Assembly (NCBI GenBank): GCA_018711755.1 | Contig: DVHY01000170.1 | Location: forward strand, 1 to 42,656 | Direction of reading: 5' to 3' | DNA length: 42,656 nucleotides | Source: Candidatus Limivicinus faecipullorum | Lineage (GTDB): Bacteria; Bacillota; Clostridia; Oscillospirales; Oscillospiraceae | Part shown: in pieces, positions 14,355-20,720 of the stretch | How positions within the stretch are numbered: position 1 is the first letter of the stretch | How the letters are laid out: each line of letters starts with the position of its first letter | Translations under genes and position numbers: made by a program | Notes under the pieces: generated by a model | Told to the model about the DNA's origin: nothing | Database searches by the model: none | What the model saw: only the letters and a program-made list of their open reading frames with translations

Positions 14355-14527
14355 CGCCGGACCTGCCGGATATTCTTTTCAAATTTGCTCCGGGGCCCCA
14401 TGACCTCGCGGCCGCAGCCGCAGCAGCGGAGCCTGAAGTCCGCTCCGACGCGCAGCACCTGCCAGTCCCGGCTGCCGCAGGGGTGGGCTTTTTTCATGGT
14501 GAGGGTGTCGCCTACCTGGATGTCCAT
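14351..14527 (-). CDS. DUF951-like small protein (58 aa, not in the ORF track)
   Basis: My own translation is MDIQVGDTLTMKKAHPCGSRDWQVLRVGADFRLRCCGCGREVMGPRSKFEKNIRQVRR. The ATG overlaps the rarA stop (TAATG). The ORF exactly fills the gap between rarA and the GIY-YIG gene. Confidence 0.7.
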   Translation of the reverse strand: MDIQVGDTLTMKKAHPCGSRDWQVLRVGADFRLRCCGCGREVMGPRSKFEKNIRQVRR

Positions 14528-15777
14528 TATTTTTTTATCTCCTCCCAGTAGCGGCGGGCGGCCTGTTCGGTCTTGTTGTCGCCGTACTCGTAATAGCGGG
14601 CGTTTTTCAGCTCGTCGGGCAGGTACTGCTGCTTCACCCAGCGGTGGGGGAAGCTGTGGGGGTACTTGTAGCCCTGCTCCCGCTCAAAGCGGGTGCCGTC
14701 GGCGTGGACGTTCTGGAGCTCTCTGGGGATGGCCCCGGTGCGTCCGGCCCTCACGTCGGAGAGGGCGGCGTCTATGGCCAGGCAGGCGGTGTTGGATTTG
14801 GGGGCGGTGGCCAGGAGCAGGCAGGCTTCCGCCAGGGGCAGCCTTGCCTCCGGCAGGCCCAGCTGCATGGCCGAGTCCACGCAGGCCTTGACTATGGGCA
14901 CCGCCTGGGGGTAGGCCAGGCCGATGTCCTCGCTGGCGGAGCAGAGTATGCGCCGGCAGGCGCCGATAAGGTCCCCCACCTCCAGCAGCCTTGCCAGGTA
15001 GTGCATGGCGGCGTCGGGGTCGGAGCCCCGGAGGGACTTCATCAAAGCGGAGAGAATGTCGAAGTGCTCGTCCCCCTCCCGGTCGTAGCGCATGGCGCTG
15101 CGCTGGGATATGGCGGAGGCGTCCTCCAGGCTTATCTCCTGCCGGTCCCCGGCGGCGGAGAAGAGCAGCTCCACGGAGTTTATGGCCTTGCGCACATCCC
15201 CGCCGCAAGCGGTGCTTATCCGCTCCATGACCCCCGGGCCCAGGCTCAGGGGCTTTTCCCGGCGGGAGTTCATGATGTCCACCGCCCGCTGGACCGCCCT
15301 GGCGATGTCCGAGGGGCTGACGGCCTTGAACTCAAAGACGGTGGAGCGGCTCAAGATGGCGTTGAAGACGCAGAAATAGGGGTTTTCCGTGGTGGAGGCG
15401 ATGAGGGTTATCCGCCCGTCCTCGATGAATTCCAGCAGGGACTGCTGTTGTTTCTTGTTGAAATACTGTATCTCGTCCAGGTACAGCAGCACGCCTCCCG
15501 GGGTGAGGAAGGTGTCCAGCTCGTCGATTATCTTTTTGATGTCGGCGATGCCGGCGGTGGTGGCGTTGAGCTTGCGCAGAGAGCGGTTGGTGCGCTGGGC
15601 GATTATCCGGGCCACGGTGGTCTTGCCGGTGCCGGAGGGGCCGTAGAATATCATGTTGGGTATCTGGCCGCTGTCCACTATGCGCCGGAGCATGCCGTCT
15701 TTTCCCAGAATATGTGGCTGGCCCACCACGTCCTCCAGACTGTCGGGCCGTATTTCGTCTGCAAGAGGCTTGTACAT
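14527..15777 (-). CDS. rarA: replication-associated recombination protein A (AAA+ ATPase)
   Basis: The Walker A motif is GPSGTGKTT and the Walker B motif is LLYLDEIQYFNK. The MgsA C-terminal region (AMHYLARLLE, DIGLAYPQA) is present. Confidence 0.9.
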   Translation of the reverse strand: MYKPLADEIRPDSLEDVVGQPHILGKDGMLRRIVDSGQIPNMIFYGPSGTGKTTVARIIAQRTNRSLRKLNATTAGIADIKKIIDELDTFLTPGGVLLYLDEIQYFNKKQQQSLLEFIEDGRITLIASTTENPYFCVFNAILSRSTVFEFKAVSPSDIARAVQRAVDIMNSRREKPLSLGPGVMERISTACGGDVRKAINSVELLFSAAGDRQEISLEDASAISQRSAMRYDREGDEHFDILSALMKSLRGSDPDAAMHYLARLLEVGDLIGACRRILCSASEDIGLAYPQAVPIVKACVDSAMQLGLPEARLPLAEACLLLATAPKSNTACLAIDAALSDVRAGRTGAIPRELQNVHADGTRFEREQGYKYPHSFPHRWVKQQYLPDELKNARYYEYGDNKTEQAARRYWEEIKK

Positions 15778-15865
15778 CTCCGCTCCCTCTCTTCAAAAAG
15801 CCGGGCTCTCCCGGGGCAGTCCGGCCTCCGGGACAAATGCCGGCTTTGATTCCATTATAAAGCAC

Positions 15866-15894
15866 ATTATAGCACCCACGCCGTCTTTTGTAAA
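15866..15894 (-). promoter_or_regulatory. sigma-70-like promoter of rarA operon
   Basis: On the minus strand: TTTACA, a 17-nt spacer, then TATAAT. A second TATAAT lies 12 nt downstream. Confidence 0.4.
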
Positions 15895-15947
15895 AGGTAT
15901 AGTTATTAAGGATTGATGAAATTTTCCCCGGCAGGAACATTGCCTTG

Positions 15948-15976
15948 TGGACAAGCGTCAAAGTATGCAGTATAAT
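15948..15976 (+). promoter_or_regulatory. promoter of the 16011 gene
   Basis: TGGACA (15948-15953), a 17-nt spacer, then TATAAT (15971-15976). An AAGGAG ribosome binding site follows. Confidence 0.45.
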
Positions 15977-16010
15977 CAGTTTACATATTTTCTGAAAAGG
16001 AGAATGAAAA

Positions 16011-16697
16011 ATGGCAAGAGGAAAGATAAAAGCCGTTTTGTTTATAGTGGTCTTTGTTCTGGCCGTGGCCATCGGCTGCAACGCTCTCATCGGCATGGCC
16101 AACATGAAGCCGGAGGAGACGGAGCCCACCCCCGATCCCTTCCTGATGACTCCCGACGTGAATTCCCAGACCGGCAGCACCGTTGCCCCCAGCACCGTGG
16201 CTCCCACCGTCGTGCCTACCGTGGCTCCCACAGTGGCTCCCACCATAGCCCCCGCGCCCACTCCCACCCCCACCCCGGTGCCTACGGCCACCCCGGCCCC
16301 GGCGGGCCAGGTTTTGGGCAGCGGCAGCTTCAGCTCCGAGACCGGCGTGCCCATAAACATCCGGGCCAACTGGACAGCCACCGTGCTGGACAGTGAGCGG
16401 GTGCAGGTGAAGGTGGAGGTCATTTTGGACTCCTACGCCCTGCACATAGCCGAGAGCTACGGGGCTTTGAACGTCAGCGTGGGGGACCAGTACGCCAGCA
16501 GCAATACCCCCGCCGTGGACTATGACGGCAATGAGCAGCTGAGCACCGTGCTGGGCAGCACCACCCACACCCTGAACCTGGCCCAGGGCCAGAGCAGCAG
16601 CTTTACCATGGCTGTGGAATACCACTTCGGCGGAACCTACAGCGACCAGGAGCTGCCGGTGATAGAGTGCGGCGGCTCCATCCAGCTCAGCCGCTGA
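16011..16697 (+). CDS. membrane-anchored hypothetical protein with Thr/Val/Ala/Pro repeat linker
   Basis: There is a good ribosome binding site and an N-terminal TM segment (VLFIVVFVLAVAIGC). The (S)TVAP repeats and PT-rich linker are followed by a ~130-aa beta-rich domain that I do not recognise. Confidence 0.6.
   Translation: MARGKIKAVLFIVVFVLAVAIGCNALIGMANMKPEETEPTPDPFLMTPDVNSQTGSTVAPSTVAPTVVPTVAPTVAPTIAPAPTPTPTPVPTATPAPAGQVLGSGSFSSETGVPINIRANWTATVLDSERVQVKVEVILDSYALHIAESYGALNVSVGDQYASSNTPAVDYDGNEQLSTVLGSTTHTLNLAQGQSSSFTMAVEYHFGGTYSDQELPVIECGGSIQLSR
16176..16306 (+). repeat. imperfect 12-nt (TVAP) tandem repeats followed by Pro/Thr low-complexity coding DNA
   Basis: The run is accgtggctccc / accgtcgtgcct / accgtggctccc / acagtggctccc / accatagccccc. 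It is followed by a PTPTPTPVPTATPAPA-coding stretch. Confidence 0.65.
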
Positions 16698-16712
16698 GAG
16701 GTGCGGTAAGCT

Positions 16713-17348
16713 ATGAGGACACAGGAACAGGTAAACGAGATAGTGCGCCTGCTGCTGGCGGAATACCCGGAGGCGGACTGCACCCTGGACTGGCGTAAGG
16801 ATTATGAGCTGCTTTTCTCCGTGCGCCTGGCCGCCCAGTGTACCGACGAGCGGGTGAACAAGATAAGCCCCGCCCTGTTTGAACGCTTTCCCACCCTGGA
16901 GGCCTTTGCCCGGGCGGACGTGGGAGAGGTGGAGGAGTATGTCCGCTCCTGCGGCTTCTTCCGCTCCAAGGCCCGGGACATAGTGGAGTGCGCCAACGTG
17001 CTGCTGGAAAAGCACGGCGGCAAGCTCCCCTCCACCATGGAGGAGCTGACGGCCCTGCCCGGCGTGGGCAGGAAGACCGCAAACCTCATTCTGGGGGACG
17101 TGTTCAAGGTCCCCGGCTCCACGGTGGTGGATACCCACTGCATCCGCATCTCCAACCGCCTGGGCCTGGTGGACAATCTGAAAGACCCGGTGAAGATAGA
17201 GATGGAGCTTAGAAAGATACTGCCCCCGGAGCACTCCTCCGCCTTCTGCCACTGCATAGTCCTCCACGGCCGGGCGGTGTGCCAGGCCCGCAAGCCGGAC
17301 TGCGCCAGGTGCTGCCTGGCCCATCTGTGCCGGAGCTTCTCCGGCTGA
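16713..17348 (+). CDS. nth: endonuclease III
   Basis: The HhH-GPD motif LPGVGRKTANLILG is present. The C-terminus carries the 4Fe-4S cluster pattern C-x6-C-x2-C-x5-C (CQARKPDCARCCLAHLC). Confidence 0.9.
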   Translation: MRTQEQVNEIVRLLLAEYPEADCTLDWRKDYELLFSVRLAAQCTDERVNKISPALFERFPTLEAFARADVGEVEEYVRSCGFFRSKARDIVECANVLLEKHGGKLPSTMEELTALPGVGRKTANLILGDVFKVPGSTVVDTHCIRISNRLGLVDNLKDPVKIEMELRKILPPEHSSAFCHCIVLHGRAVCQARKPDCARCCLAHLCRSFSG

Positions 17349-17361
17349 ATACATAGCGTTG

Positions 17362-17400
17362 AAAAACGGACTGAGTTCATCAAAGCTCAGTCCGTTTTTT
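17362..17400. terminator. bidirectional intrinsic terminator between nth and ogt
   Basis: The stem is CGGACTGAG/CTCAGTCCG (17367-17375 with 17386-17394). AAAAA precedes it and TTTTTT follows it. Confidence 0.7.
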
Positions 17401-17406
17401 GGCTTT

Positions 17407-17904
17407 TTAAGGCAAAGCAGCGCCCTCCAGCTCCAGCAGGCGGCGTTTTACATCCAGGCCCCCGGCATAGCCGGTGAGCTGTCCCCCGGCCCCCAGCACC
17501 CGGTGGCAGGGGATGATTATGCTTATGGGGTTGTGGCCCACGGCGCCCCCCACCGCCTGGGCGGACATGCGCTCCAGTCCCCGGCGCTGTGCCAGCTCCT
17601 TTGCCAGCTGCCCATAGGTGACGGTCTGGCCATAGGGTATCTCCAGCAGCAGTCCCCAGACCTGCCGGGCAAAGCCGCTGCCCCTGGGGGCGAGCCTCAG
17701 TTCCCCCGGCTCCGGCCTCTCCCCGGCAAAGTATCGGTCCAGCCAGCGGCGGGTCCGGGCGAATATCTCCCCCTCCCCGCTGCCCACAGGGGGTAGCTCC
17801 TTGGGGAAATATTTCTGGCCCATGAGCCAGAGCCCCACCAGTTTTCCATCCTCCTCTGCCATGACGTAGCTGCCCAGGGGGGATTCATATAAGGCGGTAT
17901 TCAC
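17407..17904 (-). CDS. ogt: methylated-DNA--protein-cysteine methyltransferase
   Basis: The active site IIIPCHRV and the segment YGQLA are present. The N-terminal domain reads YESPLG..DGKLVGLWL. The start is trimmed to GTG 17904, which overlaps the upstream stop (GTGA). Confidence 0.85.
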   Translation of the reverse strand: MNTALYESPLGSYVMAEEDGKLVGLWLMGQKYFPKELPPVGSGEGEIFARTRRWLDRYFAGERPEPGELRLAPRGSGFARQVWGLLLEIPYGQTVTYGQLAKELAQRRGLERMSAQAVGGAVGHNPISIIIPCHRVLGAGGQLTGYAGGLDVKRRLLELEGAALP

Positions 17905-18374
17905 TTCTCGTCGCCCTCGCTGTCCAGCTTTTGCCGCCGCTTTTTGTAGGCCGACACGGAGACGACCAGGACAAGGAGACACAGAACAAAGGTGAACAGG
18001 CTGGCGAGGATCACGGTGGCCAGAGCGGTGAGCACATCCCCGTAGATCAGGTAATTGTATACCGCTACAAATATGCCGGTGACCAGTCCGGCCAGAAGGC
18101 TGATAAGGCACAGACTCTTGAAGCTGGGGATACCCCGGCGGCTCCAGATCCCCAGGCGTACGCAGCCGATCACCATGTAAAGATTGGAGGCCATAAAGAC
18201 TATCCATTCGCCCTTGAGATACTTTCCGGCCTCCTCTTTATATATCAGCATCTGTATCATTATGCTCAGCAGCAGGGCGCCCCAGGTGAGCCAGAAGCCC
18301 CAGCTCTCCAGCTTCCGCAGATTCTGCTCCTGCATCTCGTCCAGTTGGTTTTTGCCTTTTTTAAAGAGTTTCAT
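17901..18374 (-). CDS. 4-TM membrane protein partnered with an XRE regulator
   Basis: I prefer the second ATG (18374) because GGGAGG lies 9 nt upstream; the track start is 18383. The gene overlaps the 3' end of the HTH gene out of frame. Four hydrophobic segments are present. Confidence 0.65.
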   Translation of the reverse strand: MKLFKKGKNQLDEMQEQNLRKLESWGFWLTWGALLLSIMIQMLIYKEEAGKYLKGEWIVFMASNLYMVIGCVRLGIWSRRGIPSFKSLCLISLLAGLVTGIFVAVYNYLIYGDVLTALATVILASLFTFVLCLLVLVVSVSAYKKRRQKLDSEGDEK

Positions 18375-18576
18375 CTTCCTCATCCTCCCAGAATAGTTCG
18401 TCCAAAGTCTTGCCCAGAACCCGGCATATGGTCAGGCACAGTTTTATGGTGGGGTTATATTCCCCCTGCTCTATGGCGTTTATGGTTTGCCGGGAGACCC
18501 CGGCGGCATCGGCCAGAGCCTTTTGGGTCATGTCCCGCTCCGCCCTTGCCGCCTTCAGCTTCAGATTTTTCGACAT
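18361..18576 (-). CDS. short XRE-family helix-turn-helix transcriptional regulator
   Basis: The track ORF is trimmed to MSKNLKLK (AGAGGTGA ribosome binding site). MTQKALADAAGVSRQTINAIEQGEYNPTI is the HTH. The protein has an acidic tail. Confidence 0.85.
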   Translation of the reverse strand: MSKNLKLKAARAERDMTQKALADAAGVSRQTINAIEQGEYNPTIKLCLTICRVLGKTLDELFWEDEEDETL

Positions 18577-18595
18577 CTCATCACCTCTGGGGGAT

Positions 18596-18624
18596 AATGT
18601 AGCACATAGCAGATATAATGTCAA
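18596..18624 (-). promoter_or_regulatory. candidate promoter of the XRE/membrane/ogt operon
   Basis: On the minus strand: TTGACA, a 17-nt spacer, then TACATT. A second TTGACAT lies 21 bp upstream (plus-strand atgtcaa at 18618-18624 and 18639-18645). Confidence 0.35.
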
Positions 18625-18645
18625 GTATATATTACATCATGTCAA

Positions 18646-18681
18646 ATAAAAATGTCCCGGACTTTTTCGGTCCGGGACATT
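18646..18681 (-). terminator. intrinsic terminator after the threonine-aldolase-like gene
   Basis: A 12-bp stem, AATGTCCCGGAC/GTCCGGGACATT (18651-18662 with 18670-18681). A T-run follows on the minus strand. Confidence 0.65.
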
Positions 18682-18719
18682 AAAAGGGGATATGAACCTG
18701 ATATAAAGGGAGGTGAGCC

Positions 18720-19745
18720 TCACAGCAGAGCGATGAGGGCCTCCACGTCCTCATCCCTTGTGGCCCAGCTGGTGGCCAGGCGGATGGCCACCCGGCCGTC
18801 CTCCATCCACTGCCAGAGATTGAACCGGACATTTTCCCGGAGCTTTTCCATCTGTTCTTTGCTGAGGATGGGGAACTGCTGGTTGGTGGGGGAATCCATC
18901 AGCAGCTCATAGCCCTTGTCCAGGCAGGCCCGCTTTATCCTCATGGCGGTGTCTATGGCGTGGCGGCTTATCTGGAAATAGAGCTCGTCGGTGAAGAGGG
19001 CGTCGAACTGCTGGCTGACAACGCGCATCTTAGCCAGGAGGGCCCCGTGCTGCTTGACGCTGGTGAGGAAGTGCCTGGGCATGTTGTGCTTGGTGAAGAC
19101 CAGGGCCTCGCCGCAGAGGGCGCCCACCTTGGTGCCGCCGATGTAGAACAGGTCGGTGAGCTCCACCACGTCGGCCAGGGTCACGTCGGTCTCCGGGCTC
19201 ATAAGGCCGTAGCCCAGGCGGGCTCCGTCCATGTACAGGCTCAGCCCGTATTTATGGCAGCAATCCGACAGGGCGCTCAGCTCCGCCCGGGTGTAGAGGG
19301 TGCCGAACTCCGTGGGGTGGGAGATGTACACCAGGCCCGGCTGCACCAGGTGTTCCCGCACCTCGTCGTTGACGAAGGCCTCCATGTATTTTTCCAGGTC
19401 CTCCGCCATTATCTTCCCCTGGACGTGGGGGATGGGCAGCACCCGGTGGCCGGAGTATTCTATGGCCCCGGCCTCGTGGACGTTGATGTGTCCGGTGTCG
19501 GCGGAGATGACCCCCTCATAGCTTTGGAGCATGGAGTCTATGGCCACCTGGTTGGTCTGGGTGCCTCCCACCAGAAATTGTATCTCCAGGTCGTCCCGGC
19601 CGCAGGCGGCGCAGATCTTGGCCTTGGCGGCCTGGGTGAGCTCATCGTCGCCGTAGCCTGGGAGGGAGACCATATTCAGCTCCATGAGGTGTTCCAGAAC
19701 TTTGGGGTGGGCCCCTTCGGTATAGTCAGAGAGAAAGGAAAGCAT
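18720..19745 (-). CDS. low-specificity threonine aldolase / beta-eliminating-lyase-family PLP enzyme
   Basis: The N-terminus reads LSDYTEGAHPKVLE. IGGTKVG contains the candidate PLP lysine. The protein is 341 aa with the overall fold-type I layout. Confidence 0.8.
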   Translation of the reverse strand: MLSFLSDYTEGAHPKVLEHLMELNMVSLPGYGDDELTQAAKAKICAACGRDDLEIQFLVGGTQTNQVAIDSMLQSYEGVISADTGHINVHEAGAIEYSGHRVLPIPHVQGKIMAEDLEKYMEAFVNDEVREHLVQPGLVYISHPTEFGTLYTRAELSALSDCCHKYGLSLYMDGARLGYGLMSPETDVTLADVVELTDLFYIGGTKVGALCGEALVFTKHNMPRHFLTSVKQHGALLAKMRVVSQQFDALFTDELYFQISRHAIDTAMRIKRACLDKGYELLMDSPTNQQFPILSKEQMEKLRENVRFNLWQWMEDGRVAIRLATSWATRDEDVEALIALL

Positions 19746-19783
19746 AAAAAATATCCTCCGAATGTAATATCGGAGGATATTTT
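19746..19783 (-). terminator. 11-14-bp hairpin plus U-run immediately 5' of the threonine-aldolase ATG; its 3' arm contains the SD
   Basis: The minus-strand RNA reads ATATCCTCCGA-tattacat-TCGGAGGATAT-TTTTT-ATG (plus-strand 19751-19761 pairs with 19770-19780). Confidence 0.6.
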
Positions 19784-19807
19784 AAACCTTTATCGCCTGA
19801 TATGCAA
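19779..19807 (-). promoter_or_regulatory. promoter overlapping the 5' arm of the hairpin
   Basis: On the minus strand: TTGCAT (19802-19807), a 17-nt spacer, then TAAAAT (19779-19784). The predicted start of transcription falls inside the 5' arm of the hairpin. Confidence 0.45.
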
Positions 19808-19810
19808 GAC

Positions 19811-20380
19811 TCAGGTGATGGTAAGGTAGCCGGTGGCGGCTTTTTTCAGGCTGTCCGTATCGCTGATGCCGTAGAGCACGAAGCGGTCGCACATGCTGCT
19901 GTCCTGGTCCACCAGGGCGCCGGAGAGGGTGGCCACACGGCGCTTGAAGGCGGGGAGCTTGTCGGCCAGGGGGCCGCAGAGCAGGGAGCTGAGCCCGTCC
20001 TCATCCTTGGCCAGTCTGGCGGTGGGGATGCTGGAGAGCTTCACGCTGCGCACGTCGCTGGGGGTGACCAGGAACAGGTTCTCGTTGGTGAGCACGTAGG
20101 AGCACTTGCGCAGTCTGTTTATATCCAGAACGGGGGAGACCAGGGAATACAGGGCCACGGCCAGGAGCACGGCCACCACGCCCCACTTGATGCCGGCGCT
20201 GGTGGCGATGGCGCTGTAAAAATAAGCGGAGAGGATGGCCACCGACACCACTGCCACGATGATGCTGCGGCGTATGTAGTAGCTCTTGTGGGTCTTGTCC
20301 ATGGGCTGGAAGGCGGCGGGCCGGCTGCTCCAGAGTATCTCTTCTCCCTGTACCAAATTGTCTTTGATTCTTTCTTCCAT
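19811..20380 (-). CDS. membrane protein with bacterial PH-like (YdbS/YdbT-type) features
   Basis: The start is trimmed to ATG 20380 (GGAGGT 6 nt upstream). GEEILWSSRP is followed by two TM segments and a soluble tail. Family assignment is tentative. Confidence 0.55.
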   Translation of the reverse strand: MEERIKDNLVQGEEILWSSRPAAFQPMDKTHKSYYIRRSIIVAVVSVAILSAYFYSAIATSAGIKWGVVAVLLAVALYSLVSPVLDINRLRKCSYVLTNENLFLVTPSDVRSVKLSSIPTARLAKDEDGLSSLLCGPLADKLPAFKRRVATLSGALVDQDSSMCDRFVLYGISDTDSLKKAATGYLTIT

Positions 20381-20587
20381 GAGGGTACCTCCATAATATT
20401 TTTCCATTTCCCATTATAGTATGAAGAAAATTAAATGTGCGCAAAGGAGAAAGACTCCGGCGTTAAGACTTCGCAAAAATGCGGAAAAACGGGAAAAAGA
20501 GCCGGAGAAACCCGAAAAGAGGCAAGAAAAATGCCTCCATGCCCGGAGAGCCGCGGACAAGGGGGCGGAGAAAAGAAAGGGATATTC

Positions 20588-20649
20588 AAAAAAACGGGCC
20601 GGACGGTGGATAAATCCAAAGCCCTGGCCGTAGGGCTGACTGCGTCCGG
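20588..20649 (-). terminator. branched GC-rich structure followed by T7 on the minus strand (putative terminator of the KdpDE-like operon)
   Basis: The outer stem is CCGGACG/CGTCCGG (20599-20605 with 20643-20649). It encloses two hairpins: TGGA-taaa-TCCA and AGCCCT-ggccgt-AGGGCT. An A7 run at 20588-20594 gives U7 on the minus strand. Confidence 0.35.
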
Positions 20650-20720
20650 GAACCGCATCCGGGGCCTGGGCCGTGACCAAGACCTAAGCCCTGGCCGTGA
20701 CCCGGGCCGGGGGCAGGGCC

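Noticed and set aside
20421-20633. 70-aa extremely basic ORF (MKKIKCAQRRKTPALRLRKNAEKREKEPEK...) in the long spacer
   Set aside because: It has no ribosome binding site before the ATG. Its composition simply mirrors the purine-rich A-tract DNA. It lies antisense to the direction of both flanking genes. I treat the region as regulatory or non-coding, but a profile search of the peptide would settle it.
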